A DNA stretch of 63,358 nt, counting the filler, from Collodictyon triciliatum (lineage: Eukaryota), in assembly GCA_043381765.1 (NCBI GenBank). It is 46 parts of 46 records of this genome, joined end to end, with 100 filler letters (N's around TTAATTAATTAA, not from the genome) between each part and the next. Parts side by side here need not be neighbours in the genome. Positions count along the whole stretch, not along the records: positions 23,507 to 24,786 come from JBHJMP010011568.1; positions 24,887 to 26,166 come from JBHJMP010011569.1; positions 26,267 to 27,546 come from JBHJMP010011570.1; positions 27,647 to 28,925 come from JBHJMP010011571.1; positions 29,026 to 30,304 come from JBHJMP010011572.1; positions 30,405 to 31,683 come from JBHJMP010011573.1; positions 31,784 to 33,060 come from JBHJMP010011574.1; positions 33,161 to 34,438 come from JBHJMP010011575.1; 38 more parts are not named here. The stretch is one strand, 5' to 3'. Shown one piece after another: positions 24,521-37,294 of this stretch. Each line of letters opens with the position of its first letter. Within the stretch, counting starts at the first letter, position 1. Below the pieces are notes generated by a model. The model saw nothing but the letters and a program-made list of their open reading frames with translations. It was not told where the DNA came from and did not search any database. Position numbers and translations under genes: made by a program.

Positions 24521-24886
24521 TGACTCGTGATGATAAAGCAGATAATTACCCGCTGGGAAGTGTTGCACCTGGGAATTCGTCTGTCTTGTGTTTGTGATGA
24601 TCTACAGAAACCTCTGCGCACTCTGTGTCTTCTAAATAAATAAACAAAACAAAAAATAGTTTGTATGTTGCCTTTTTCTAGTCTAGTGCATATTCTTTTT
24701 TGTTTCTTTTTTTTTTTGTTTCTTTTTTTTGTTTCTTTTTTTTGTTTCTTTTTTTTTGTTTCTTTTTTTTTTTTTTTTTTTTTTTTNNNNNNNNNNNNNN
24801 NNNNNNNNNNNNNNNNNNNNNNNNNNNNNNTTAATTAATTAANNNNNNNNNNNNNNNNNNNNNNNNNNNNNNNNNNNNNNNNNNNN

Positions 24887-26166
24887 GAGCAGAACCTGTA
24901 CGGAGCCGGCTGCTACGTCCGCCTTCGAGGTAAGCACAAACTGCCCCAGAACCACGAAGCCCGCAACCAAGCGAAGAAAGAACTCGCCCAAGTCCTTAAA
25001 CAACTCAAGTGCTACGAGGAGAACGTCATCATGCAACTCTACATTCAACCCCAAGGTTACACAGTAGCCTTCCCGCACCAACAAAACGCCGCAGAGTTTG
25101 CCAAAGCAGGACAGTTTAAACTGCTTGGCCGCTCTTTCCGCTCATACCAAGAGAGGCCACCTCTACACTCTGATATCATCGGCGATATCCCCCCAGGCTT
25201 CACCAAGGCAGACATTGAAGAGGCCTGCAAAGTATTATTTTCACCTACCATTGTTTACTACGAAGCTGTGGACGGTATCTGGACCAATGACGCGCTGGTC
25301 AAGTTCCAGGCATCAGAACTGCCCAAAGTGCCAAAAAAGAAAATAAACCTGCAAGGATTCCACATCCCCTTCATACTATTCCCTTAACGAAAGGAGAAGC
25401 CCAAACGCGATACCAAACATAACAAGCACCAGGGCAAATAGCACGACAAACACAACCGCAAATCCTCGCAACCCACGCAGTCCAAGAGTGAAAGACGGCC
25501 GAACCCTCTAGGACACCATCACCCGAAGCAGAAGAAGAAGAAAATGAACCACCTCAGCCCATTACCGCCACCCAACCAAGAAGCTCCTCTCGCAAGGAAC
25601 TCCCAAAGAAAGTAAATGAAACTTTGGAAGTGCACATCATCCTGAAACTAACCGAACAAACGAAGCAAGGCTCGGCTTCTTCGACCGGAAGAACCCCTTG
25701 AGAGGAAGACGACTAAACCAAATACACCAGCAGCACACCCGAGCTTCAAACCCCAATCTAAACCACCGAGAGTAGAAAGACCTTCATCAGCGCCTCAATC
25801 CAAGTCGACTAGACAACCAAACATAACCAACTTCATGCTCCATAAGAGCCCCGATGTGACTCCAGCAAAGCACTTGCGACAATCAAATATCCCTAAAGAA
25901 GCAAACTCCAGCAACGACTCGCTCTATCTCTCACCTAGTTCCCAAGAGACAGGGACTGCATCAGTAACACCCTAAAGCAGCGTCAGCTTCACACCGAAAT
26001 TCCCAACATTCGAGGGTGCCCAAAACAAAACAAACCACCAGCATTCTGTAACACCCATGTATATAGCTCGCGCAAGCCCTAGCCCAAAAAAGAGCAAGCA
26101 TAGAGCTCACAGCCTCGCCGGAAAACGCACAACTTCCCACCGCAGAGGCCGTAGCATCACCTTCAA
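24887..26166 (+). mobile_element. Decayed LINE ORF1-like region (RRM-type plus low-complexity tail)
   Basis: A/C-rich, intronless, with in-frame stops. YTVAFPHQQNAAEF..IIGDIPPGFTKADIEEACKVLF..DGIWTNDALVKF resembles L1/Tx1 ORF1 and parallels 22127-22560 and 37295 onward. Confidence 0.5.
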
Positions 26167-26266
26167 NNNNNNNNNNNNNNNNNNNNNNNNNNNNNNNNNN
26201 NNNNNNNNNNTTAATTAATTAANNNNNNNNNNNNNNNNNNNNNNNNNNNNNNNNNNNNNNNNNNNN

Positions 26267-26358
<92 letters not shown>

Positions 26359-27943
26359 AAATAAACAAATAAACAAATAAATAAATAAATAAATAAACTA
26401 ATAAACAAACTAATAAACATTTACAGAAAAATGTGCCAATAACTTAATATTTCTTCATTAGTAGTATTCAGGATATGGATTGCGAAGGAGAACATTTGAG
26501 AAGTTGTCAAAGACGTGGAGATATATGATTAAAGAGGTTGTAGAGCAGAAAAGGTATCACAAGAACACAACTGGTCGGTGTGTGGCTGTGTGTAGGAACT
26601 AGACGAAACGTCAGTCGGCAAACTCACGTCGCCACCGTCCAAGAAGGAAACGAGCTGCCAGAGAGCCAGAAGCAATAGCAGAAGAGAAGCAGCTGTGGCA
26701 ATTCCTCTGGACATTCCTGGCGCTTGGTGGACTGGAGAAAAAAAATGAGAGAAAAGAGAGAGAAAAAGGATATAGTCTAGAAGGGCTGGGAAGTCGTAGA
26801 TAAGACACTGTCCGATTGAGGAGGAGTCATCTCATTTTCATGAGAAAGGAAGAATGATGCAATGGCCAGCTTTTAGTCTCTCGGAACAAAGACACACGCA
26901 TGTCTCAGTACGTTTGCGCGTTGAGTTTCTGCAGTTTTTCCGCGGGTGTGAACAGAAAGCAAAAGAAAAAGGAAAAAAATGTTTGCGACCAACTCTGATC
27001 AATGCGCTCACAAAACCGTCCCATTTCCTTACAAAACATACATGTGTGATTTACAAATGCGGAATTTATAATAATTCTCCTATTGGACAAATTTCTTGCA
27101 AGTATTCCCTCATGAATAGGTCTTATCAGATTCATTACCAGTAATATTGTACAATTATAGTTACATCATGAGTTGGGTTTCACTTTCTTGCGTAGATTCA
27201 ATACACGCGCGCTTTTTTGGTGATGCAATCGGCTCATAGGACAACCCAATACAGAACGCCAGACAAGTAACTACAAAACAAAGACCGTGGCAATGTGTCT
27301 GCAGCCGATCCCTGAATCACCGGAAACAGCGCAACCGCAACCGCACTGCCGGAGGCGCGATCCTTGGAGGAGGAGCGGAGGAAAGAGAGGCCCCTGCTGA
27401 CGTCTGGGTGCACGCGCATCATACTCGGCCCTCTTTTCAAAGAACAAAGAACAAAGAACAAAGAACAAAGAACAAAGAACAAAGAACAAAGAACAAAGAA
27501 CAAAAAACAAAGAACAAAAAACAAAGAACAAAGAACAAAAAACAAANNNNNNNNNNNNNNNNNNNNNNNNNNNNNNNNNNNNNNNNNNNNTTAATTAATT
27601 AANNNNNNNNNNNNNNNNNNNNNNNNNNNNNNNNNNNNNNNNNNNNGAGCGGAAGATGAAGTAAACTCCATTAAAAAAGAGACGAGAAAGAAAGTGGCAT
27701 TTTGATGGAATAATGAACACAACATTTATGCGTATAGTGAATTTGTGACCAGTTCAAATATGAACATACACACATGTATATAAACATTACATAGTCTGGT
27801 CAACGTCAAATATACTTTCTTCTTCGCCGTTATGGTGTGGTGTTTGGTCTGCAGCGACAGGAAGGAAATGAAGGGAAAGAATGGGACAGTCCACCTCGAG
27901 GTTTGGGGGAAAAATATGTCTTTGAAGGAATTGATTATGCCAT

Positions 27944-28830
27944 TTTGTTTCCAAGGAGGAACGCTCGATATCACGACAGGCCCAGAGTCCGCTTGGCCAT
28001 CGATTTCTTTGGAAAGCTTGGCTGAAAACCATGCATGTAAGTTCAATTCACAGAGAAAGTGACCTCCATGACCGTTGCTGGGTCTAGTTTGTAGAATCTG
28101 AGCTAGATGCACAAAATAGAAGTCCTTCATTATGAATTCTCCATACCAACTACTTGAATATTGACAAAATTGTATTCTAAAGCACGATTGTGGTTAAGTT
28201 GATTGGTATTTCCTCCAGCGAGAGAAGTATGAAGCATAAAAGAGGTTATGAATGGGGATTGAAAGAGGATTATTATTATTATTAATCAATTCTAAAACAA
28301 GCATAACAGAACAAACAGAAAAACTCAGTGTATATATGAAACCTTTCCGTCTGCTGAGCCCACCACAAATTCCTCATGGTCTGCGTAAATATCCAAGGAC
28401 AACAACGGTGATGTGAAGAGAATACCATTTTGGTAAACAAGCCGTTTTTGAAGGAAATCGCATACTTTGAAGCTTCTATCTTCGCTGCAGGTCACTAGAA
28501 ACTCGTCCTTTTTGCCGCCAAACACAGCACGTGTCATTCTTAGTTCATGACCCTTCGAGAGGGATAACATGCTTATTTGCCTAAAAATATAAATCAGATT
28601 GATTTGTAGCAAGATATAGACAGATAAAGACTTTTCACTCCCTGAGTTTTTAAATAAGAAACATATAACAAGGAATTCAATACCAATAAAAAGAATAGTC
28701 TGACGGATAAATAAATCAATTTTTTTTTAAAAAATAAATAAATACAAGGTCTACCGAAACTTGAAAGATGTCAAACGTATTATCAGCGGCCAGTCCGACA
28801 AAGGTGCCGGTTGGGTCTCATGTTATGAAG
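27944..28830 (-). CDS. WDR27: WD40-repeat protein, WDR27-like fragment
   Basis: Exon 28343-28580 reads KGHELRMTRAVFGGKKDEFLVTCSEDRSFKVCDFLQKRLVYQNGILFTSPLLSLDIYADHEEFVVGSADGK, matching the WDR27 SEDR.FKV...PLLSL...G.ADG block. Flanking exon limits are approximate. Confidence 0.7.
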
Positions 28831-29025
28831 GATGCATCACCACAATCCCGTGAAATGGGATGCGATTTTGTATCAACTTTGTAAACGATAAAAACAATAC
28901 CAATAATAGTGATAGAAAAGAAATCNNNNNNNNNNNNNNNNNNNNNNNNNNNNNNNNNNNNNNNNNNNNTTAATTAATTAANNNNNNNNNNNNNNNNNNN
29001 NNNNNNNNNNNNNNNNNNNNNNNNN

Positions 29026-29118
<93 letters not shown>

Positions 29119-29258
29119 TTATGATGTTGTTGTTAAAAAGTAAAAACTCCCCGCGGCTTAAAACTTACGAGAGTCCACAAAGGTAATTCTATGAAATAAT
29201 CCCAAACAACCAAAATAACTGCATCGTACTTAGATTGGCTTTTAATAGTTTTCGCAGA

Positions 29259-30110
29259 GCCAGTTATTGACGAGGCAGATACGGCTGGGAAAAATGCAGT
29301 TGGTTCATCAGAAAACCATGCAACTACATCGGGTGATACATGTCATTTTCGTGCTTTCGATTCCCTAGATGAAAAGCTACCTTTAGATGGCTCCTTTACC
29401 ACAGAAAAGAACGGCCAGAAAGATGGCTCAGTAAAAAATGAAGCAAAAGGAGCTTTTGGAGGGGAAAGTGCATTATATGAAGATGTCTCCACGAAAATTG
29501 ACATCCATGAGTATCCAGAAGAAGCCTCTTATACAATTGTAGAATCAGACACATCATATAAGATAATAGGAGACGCCAGACCAATATTCTCTGCACCTTC
29601 ATTACAATCTCATCCTATGTCAAAAACTAACCGCGGTATCATTCACTTTTAAAACATGTCGCGACAATTACATCCATTTTGATATTTTTTTTTAAAATTT
29701 TTTCAAAAATTCGCTAAAATTCTTGTTTTTTTTTTCCAATAAAGTTCTTCAGAGGGAAACTCATTTTTTCTCTAATAACCTCGTACTAGGGAAATGCATT
29801 GTCACCAAGCCATCATCTCCTGGTAAAGATACACAATCGGGACAATCCAAATCACGACTAGATATGAGAGCATTCTACAAAGATGGAAAAATTGAACAAA
29901 TATCCCCCATCATGTCCGTTCAAAAATACAAGGCAAAAATCTCTGAAATAGAAAAGGGCATACAAAAGGTTGATTACCCAATACATACGACACATTATTC
30001 ATAAGGCGTACACTATGCGTCATATCAACTAATCAGCATAAATTTAGAGACTGATCGAGAGTGGCTGCCCTCGCGAAGGACCTGACACTGATAGATTGCA
30101 TATCTACCAG
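29259..30110 (+). CDS. Multi-exon hypothetical protein fragment
   Basis: Open GT-AG bounded exons at ~29259-29635, ~29790-29968 and ~30048-30109; no domain recognised. Confidence 0.5.
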
Positions 30111-30195
30111 TAATATTTTCGCAAACTTTAAAACAGCAATTGCCGATTTCATCTTGGGATGTCCAAAGAAACATGATGCTATTTCCATCAACTTT

Positions 30196-30298
<103 letters not shown>

Positions 30299-30444
30299 TT
30301 AGAANNNNNNNNNNNNNNNNNNNNNNNNNNNNNNNNNNNNNNNNNNNNTTAATTAATTAANNNNNNNNNNNNNNNNNNNNNNNNNNNNNNNNNNNNNNNN
30401 NNNNAATAACATTTTCTCAATCTCCCATTAACAACTTATTCAAG

Positions 30445-31645
30445 GTCCTCCGGTGCATATCTACCAGATAGCACATTTGTTGGTGTGCTCTGCTCTGATA
30501 TTGAGCTTGGTTTTGTGGACACTATTATCTCTGATATTAGGGTAATTGCTTTCACTTTTTTTTCGGAAACCAAAAATAAATGTGCGATGCATTCAAATGT
30601 CACCAAACGATTTTTTTATTTATGTTTGAATTTTTTTTTTTTTATGTAGCCTGAGTATTATCTCAATTGAATAATGAATTTTTAATATGGTTTGTTTAAA
30701 CCCATTTTCATTCATGCTCTCCTCGAAAGTCCCACGAACAAAAAGAGCTCGACATCATCGTAGTAGATGAGCAAGGCCATTTAATTGGAAGCTCGCTTTA
30801 TCTAGACCCCATTGGATGTACTCCAAGCTCATCAAAATGTAGTGGGGGTGCATTTGCACGCAAGATTGATGATTTTGACAACAGTATCACAAAGGAGGTC
30901 TCTAAACTCCTAAAATCACGAAAACAAGGTGCGATAATTAAATAATTTTTTTTTTCAACCGAGTTCTACACGTTCATACAGTTTGATATGAAACCATTCC
31001 TTACATTGATGACCTTCAATAAACATGTCTCAATTTTTTAATTCTTTCAAAAAAATCATTTCCAATAAACTGAATACCATTTCAATAGAAGTGTCAAGAG
31101 TAGTCACTACAATTAAGGACGTCAGCTAACCCTCTTTCTATCTAATTTTATATATGCCATATTTGCACACTTTTATTTAACTCTTTTTCTAAATGGTATC
31201 AGATCGACGGAGTGGAGTTTATGATTAGCATATCCGTTCTCAAGAGAGATGGCCTGGAGTGGACTATATGCAGTCTGATTCCAACTTCTGTATACTTCTC
31301 TGACATCCAAAAAACTCGGTGGACAACGATGGCATACGTCTTTTCTTTGATTGGAGGATTTGAGATTGCCCTATTCTTCTTTTCAGTTTACATTACAAGG
31401 CAATGAAGATATTTGTCCTGAATATTTTATATGAAAATTATGTATTCATAATGCTCTATCCAGATGTCAACTTCATAGCATTGATAGTAATATCAATTTG
31501 AATTCATTTATGCTTTCTTTTTTTTTTAATGGGTATTAACCTTTTCCTTTATCTTTCTGCCATATTCCACATTTAAAGGCCTCTCAAAGACATAGCAGCT
31601 GCAATGGTGCAAATCTCACATCTCAATTTCAATCACAGCCAAAAG
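30445..31645 (+). CDS. Transmembrane sensor with dCache domain, TM helix and HAMP domain (5 exons, partial)
   Basis: Exons 30445-30541, 30730-30928, ~31088-31122, 31203-31399 and 31579-31645 give AYLPDSTFVGVLCSDIELGFVDTII..IIVVDEQGHLIGSS..GLEWTICSLIPTSVYFSDI..[TM]..ITRPLKDIAAAMVQISHLNF. Confidence 0.75.
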
Positions 31646-32418
31646 GTCAGAGCCTCATTTTTTTGTAAACTAAAAGGCTGTTCNNNNNNNNNNNNNNNNN
31701 NNNNNNNNNNNNNNNNNNNNNNNNNNNTTAATTAATTAANNNNNNNNNNNNNNNNNNNNNNNNNNNNNNNNNNNNNNNNNNNNTTTTTTGTTTTTTTTTT
31801 TTGTATCTGTATTTGTATTCCACATAAAAATTGATTTTTTTTTGTATAAAAAAGCACAAATAAGCTATACACTTTGTAGTTTATCATGTGGGAAGCCGCC
31901 TCGTGTTGTGCAAATTGAAATGAATTTAAGTACTCAATTACTATGAATTACATAATTAACCAATAATCTACTTTTTCGGTCATGTTTTCGTCAACAGAAA
32001 AAAATGATTGTCTGTGATGGATGTCGTCTTCTGGATTCGTCATCTACATGTGGAAAATATAGTAGTATATCCGATATTCTCCGACTGCGGGTCGATGGTT
32101 GTATGAGTCGCTCAAATTCCATATGAAATATGCTGCCATAAGCCTTCAATCATGTTCTATCCCGTTCTGTCTATTCTCCGAACGCTGGGTCGCAGTTTGT
32201 GTCTCTTTGGTCTCTTTCTATTCACCGAAAACAGGGACTTCCGAAGTTGGCACTCTGCGTCTGCCAAGTTCTTGTATATAAGCGAGTTCTGTCTGTCGGT
32301 GGTTGTGGCGGTGTTTTGTTGGTGGGATGAACATGGCAAGCCAGCGATTAGAACAAGACAGCAACAAGACAGCAGCAAACAAGACAGCAGCAAACAAGAC
32401 ATCAGCAAACAACGTGGA

Positions 32419-32652
32419 ATGCAGATATTCGTCAAGACACTGACCGGCAGAAGCATCATACTCGAAGTGGAGCACTCCGATACCATTGAGAACATCAAGG
32501 CTAAGATACAAGGAAAAGAAGGAATACTGCCGGAGCAGCAGCGCCTGATTTTCGCAGGGAAGCAGCTGGAGGAGGGCCGCACAATCTCTGACTACAACAT
32601 TCAGAAGGAGTCGACCTTACATCTCGTTCTTCGTCTACGGGGTGGAATCTAG
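32419..32652 (+). CDS. Divergent single ubiquitin unit ending LRLRGG-I*
   Basis: 76-aa ubiquitin sequence with 10 substitutions versus human ubiquitin (K11R, T12S, T14I, P19H, V26I, D32G, P37L, D39E, D52E, L56I); intronless. Confidence 0.9.
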   Translation: MQIFVKTLTGRSIILEVEHSDTIENIKAKIQGKEGILPEQQRLIFAGKQLEEGRTISDYNIQKESTLHLVLRLRGGI

Positions 32653-32819
32653 ATAGACCTGCATTTGTTCTCTTGTCTCTTACTCTCACTCTGCCTCTTT
32701 CGATTTTCCCATCTCCACACTCTGTGCTCTCTTCGTCTTTCTCTTGCTCTAGCTTCCAGAAAATAAAAAGAAAACTGATATCAAACAAAAACTAGTAGAA
32801 ATATTATGAGCAAAACAGA

Positions 32820-33060
32820 AGATTTATTTATTCTTCCTTTCAATTTTGTGCAGGATGGTGGAGATGCTGGCTTTGGCTCTCTAGTCATTGTTCGCACTAA
32901 CGCTACTTGGTGGCCGGGTGGCGGAGAAGTAGTCGGTAATCAGGAATTGCATCCTGCGGTTTGGCCTGTAGCCTGGGTCTTGTGATTGCATGAGAGATAC
33001 AAGGCGAGGTTTAATCTCCTTCTCAGCTTCTTTCCACATGTCTCTTCTCACGGGGTCGGA
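32820..33060 (-). mobile_element. 3' end of non-LTR retrotransposon ORF2 (subfamily B)
   Basis: SDPVRRDMWKEAEKEIK...* followed by a short 3' UTR with AATAAA; DNA similarity to 10555-10825. Confidence 0.65.
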
Positions 33061-33160
33061 NNNNNNNNNNNNNNNNNNNNNNNNNNNNNNNNNNNNNNNN
33101 NNNNTTAATTAATTAANNNNNNNNNNNNNNNNNNNNNNNNNNNNNNNNNNNNNNNNNNNN

Positions 33161-34200
33161 CGCCCAGTGATGACACATACATCCGCGCTTTGGGAATGTA
33201 ATCCGCAAGATATGAGAGAAATTATGTACAGAAAGCTTTTTGATGGAGATTCAGATTCATCAACGACGCGGACCAATAACACCATCTGGATAAACGACAC
33301 CAGTCAATCAATTCATTAAGCAAATATGTAAAAAGGAGGTAGTGTGAGTATAAAACGTTTGCTTTGATTCATACCTTGCCAAATACATCCTGTAATAGAC
33401 GAATAGGATCAGTAAAGTCATCACGGAACCCATCGACGAGCAAGTCTTTCAATCTCGACTGGTTTGTCGTCACCAGGGCATATGACTGTGAAAATAATGC
33501 ATATAAAGTTTCAAACTAGAATTGAAATGTTTGCTGTAGAGATATTGTAGAATAGAAAGGATGAGTTCTATTTTCGCATCATATTTTAAATAGTGTGGTG
33601 TACTTGCTGAAGCCTTATTCCAGTAATATCACTCGCTATGAACATAAAAAATTCGATAGGATTGTGTGATTCTGATATATGTTGAGCTCTGTATAACTCT
33701 GTACCAAACTCATATCCTTTTTCTATTTTAAAGGAAATGTGTGTTTGTCAAAGACAGACATTCTTGAGTGGCATGTGACATTCATCACCACATAAATTCA
33801 GTCGCTCAGGAATGTTTTCTTTTACTAGTGTCATGAAAATAAAATAACCATTTTTTTGTGCTTGTTTGTTGTAAGGAAGATTATTGGCATCTTCTGGTGC
33901 TTGGGATAACTCCTTCAATTCTAGACGGGCATCGGTTATTGGGGCTAAGTTGGTTTCATATTCATTGATACCTTCTCTCGTAACATTGACATGGTTGATG
34001 TAGGGTTTTGTCCCTGATTCTTTTTCAACATTTGCATTCACTGTCGACACTGGCTTCCTTTATTTGAGGAGGGCCTTCTCGGCTGATTTTGCGTTCATTT
34101 TCGTCACAAGTTCAAGCAAAATTCATAAATTTGCAAATGTTTCCCACATCCGATATATCCGTAACTATTTTCATACCTTTAAGAGATGCGTAGTATTTTT
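33161..34200 (-). CDS. Multi-exon hypothetical protein fragment
   Basis: Several open exons with GT/AG ends (e.g. SYALVTTNQSRLKDLLVDGFRDDFTDPIRLLQDVFGK); family not recognised and limits approximate. Confidence 0.45.
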
Positions 34201-34538
34201 CCTGCACCTCAAATAATTGATGGATGATATCGATTGCAACATCGACATCTTTTTGTAAAATATGCATATTAAGATTATGTTAAGAACTTATTAATCCGTG
34301 AACTCTACACAACAAGCCTCTTTGCAGATCTCACAAATAATACAACAGTACGGGTTTATAAGCACATAAAGTACCGATTTATAATAGTTATTCTTATGAC
34401 TATCAAGGCCCAAAACAGCGAGAAAAACGGTAGCGAACNNNNNNNNNNNNNNNNNNNNNNNNNNNNNNNNNNNNNNNNNNNNTTAATTAATTAANNNNNN
34501 NNNNNNNNNNNNNNNNNNNNNNNNNNNNNNNNNNNNNN

Positions 34539-34591
<53 letters not shown>

Positions 34592-34692
34592 AAAAAAAAC
34601 AAAAAAAAACAAAAAAAACAAAAAAAAACAAAAAAAAACAAACAAATAAACAAATAAACAAACAAATAAACAAATAATAAATATGATTGTAC

Positions 34693-35600
34693 TGTGGCAA
34701 TGACTCTCCAAAGAAGACAATGTCAGGCTTCACCAAACTATCACAAACATCGCACTTTGGTGGCTCCTCTCGAAAGTATTTTTCTGTGGTATCACCAGGA
34801 AGAAAAAAACATATTTTCAGACGGAAATAAACTTGTTTAATGGCTTGTCGGTCATGGAGCTCACACACTTTTCTATATAATACCTTTTACATACTCTTGA
34901 CTAAATTCCTTTTTGCATTCAATGCAGTGGTTTGTTGAAAAGCTTCCATGAGCCTCGATGAGTTTTTCCTCAGAAATCCCTGCGTCATTGATGGAAAATA
35001 TTTTACTTCTTTTAGAAAATGGATAATAACAGGGTTAGTTTTCGTACGATTCTAATTTTTCTTTAACTTATCCCCCCGTGTTATCAGCTTGGAAAAAAAA
35101 ATTATGCACTCGAAGGGAATATTTGAAGTTCAACCAAAAGCTTCATGGCACTCAGACAATAAATGGCTTAAATGAAACCTGCTTCTCGTTCCAAAGTGTC
35201 AATATTCTGCGTGTAGTTGCGCAGGAGGAGTCCTTTGACATTTGAAAAGGCATTCAATTACGACATTAGTCAGAGTGAGTTAGCTAAAGGAGTAAAATAA
35301 ATCGTGTCGGCAGAATATCGCGCCCATATTCTGTATATAAAAGTATAATAACCTTTTCTTTCTAATAACTTGACAAAGTAATGCGCCGGAGTTGGTTTGA
35401 AATTCCCGGGATACATTTCTTTTGACAGGATTGTAAATGGCATAGGATTCTCTCTAAAATAACTACATAATATGTATATTAGCCAGGAATTGAGCAGCCA
35501 GAAAGAACGTTTAATATGGACTCACCTTATGGTAAATATTGCCTGCGGGTATGGCAGATTGTACTTTTCCAGGTTGTCATATAATCCTGTTCCTGGAGTT
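34693..35600 (-). CDS. SIRT2: NAD-dependent deacetylase, class I sirtuin (SIRT2/Hst2-like), 5 exons
   Basis: [75 protein letters not shown] are canonical sirtuin motifs. Confidence 0.95.
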
Positions 35601-35916
35601 CTAATCGTAAAGAATATGTCTATCTAAAGGAAACTCGTTCATTTGCAGGTTTTTTATATGAAACTATATAATCATTAAATAACCAACTAAAAAATAAAGA
35701 TAAGGATAAGGATAAAGATAAAGATAAAGATAAAGATAAAGATAAAGATAAAGATAAAGATAAAGATAAAGATAAAGATAAAGATAAAGATAAAGATAAA
35801 GATAACAATAAAGATANNNNNNNNNNNNNNNNNNNNNNNNNNNNNNNNNNNNNNNNNNNNTTAATTAATTAANNNNNNNNNNNNNNNNNNNNNNNNNNNN
35901 NNNNNNNNNNNNNNNN

Positions 35917-36571
35917 TCACTGCAAAGTCTTGCGCCAGCCACAGACGGCGGACATTTGTTCTCTCGCCTCGTCGACTTTGCTGCGCCGTACTCGGGTTCT
36001 GTGTGCTCTGTGGTCCGGCATCTGCAGCCTGGGTTTGCAGCTGCTGAAGTTCCCGGCGGGCTTTGGGCCTTGCAAAATCCTTTCAGCTCCGTTCACGCTC
36101 TTGCGCAAGCAAACGCTGCTGAGATGTGTTCGGGACTTGCTGTTCTTACAGCAGTTCAGGATCTCTTCCCAACTGATGGTATGGTGTTGAGAGATGATTG
36201 TTGTTCTATTGCTTCATTCAAGAATTATGCGAGTCAGTGATTATAAGGTTGAGTGATTGAATGATATCAACCGTGCAGCAAAAACACCTCGTCCTCGTGC
36301 CATCGTGACGTCTCTCGAAGCAACGTATGTACAAAAAGCCCGCGGGACTCTCATTGTCTTTGCCACATGCCCTGCCGAGTGGATGTCATACCTGCACCGC
36401 GTTGCAGCGGAGCCTCATAATCACCGGGAAATATCTGGCGTGGCGGTTGAATGCGAGGTTTATGCTGCAGCCTCCAAGACTCCCGATGCACAGCCTGTTG
36501 CCCGTGTCAGTGTCAACTGGACCCTCTCATGGCCATCCGCCGTCAATCCCTCTGATAAAAAGGCAAAATGA
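35917..36571 (+). CDS. Hotdog-fold thioesterase (DUF4442/PaaI-like), 3' part
   Basis: LFSRLVDFAAPYSGSV..LQPG..QNPFSSVHALAQANAAEMCSGLAV..RAIVTSLEATYVQKARGTL; GT-AG intron 36179-36278. Confidence 0.75.
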
Positions 36572-37075
36572 TCGATGATGCAGACCCTATTTCCCTTCTC
36601 TTGTCATCTCATCTTCTCTTTTTCAAAATATAATGATTGTTTTCTGGGCCTTTCTCTTTGGGCTTTTTCACAGCGTGGGTCTCCTGCCATCCCCTTCTTC
36701 TCGGTTGTCTCACAGCATATGCGGTATTAGAAGCATAGATGCATATCATGACAAAGGTATTCAGCCTTTCAGAGGCCGTGGGCGATGAAAACGATACCAG
36801 AGCTTGACATTCCCATTGACAGGTGAGAATCCCAACCCAAAAGCACTCAGCCTTATTTATTTGGTCATTCATTTACGAGAGATGTTATCCATCAGCCGAT
36901 CATGACATTTCCTAGTTGTCGTATGAGTCTTGCAAACAGAAGAATCCAGCAGGAGACGAAGACAACAGCAGCAAAGACATAAACAACGCAAAGAGAGTCA
37001 GAGAAGGGCCCAAAACTACTTAAATATGAACAATGTATGAATATCTTCAAAGGCAAAGCACTATCTTCAGGCGCC

Positions 37076-37194
37076 ATGACAACCGAAAGTCTTCCCCGGG
37101 TCGTGCTTCTTGGCCACAGCGGAGTCGGCAAAACCTCGCTTTGTCAGCAGTACGTGTCCCACCAGATCGAAGCCAACCACGTTCCCACCATCGG
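37076..37194 (+). CDS. Ras/Rab-family small GTPase, N-terminus
   Basis: RVVLLGHSGVGKTSL (P-loop) and PTIG (switch I); truncated by the contig end. Confidence 0.85.
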
Positions 37195-37294
37195 NNNNNN
37201 NNNNNNNNNNNNNNNNNNNNNNNNNNNNNNNNNNNNNNTTAATTAATTAANNNNNNNNNNNNNNNNNNNNNNNNNNNNNNNNNNNNNNNNNNNN

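Noticed and set aside
26423-26714. In-frame TAA inside an otherwise open signal-peptide exon, suggesting a reassigned genetic code
   Set aside because: All well-conserved genes here translate with the standard code and end in TAA, TAG or TGA; more likely a pseudogene, an error or a short ORF.
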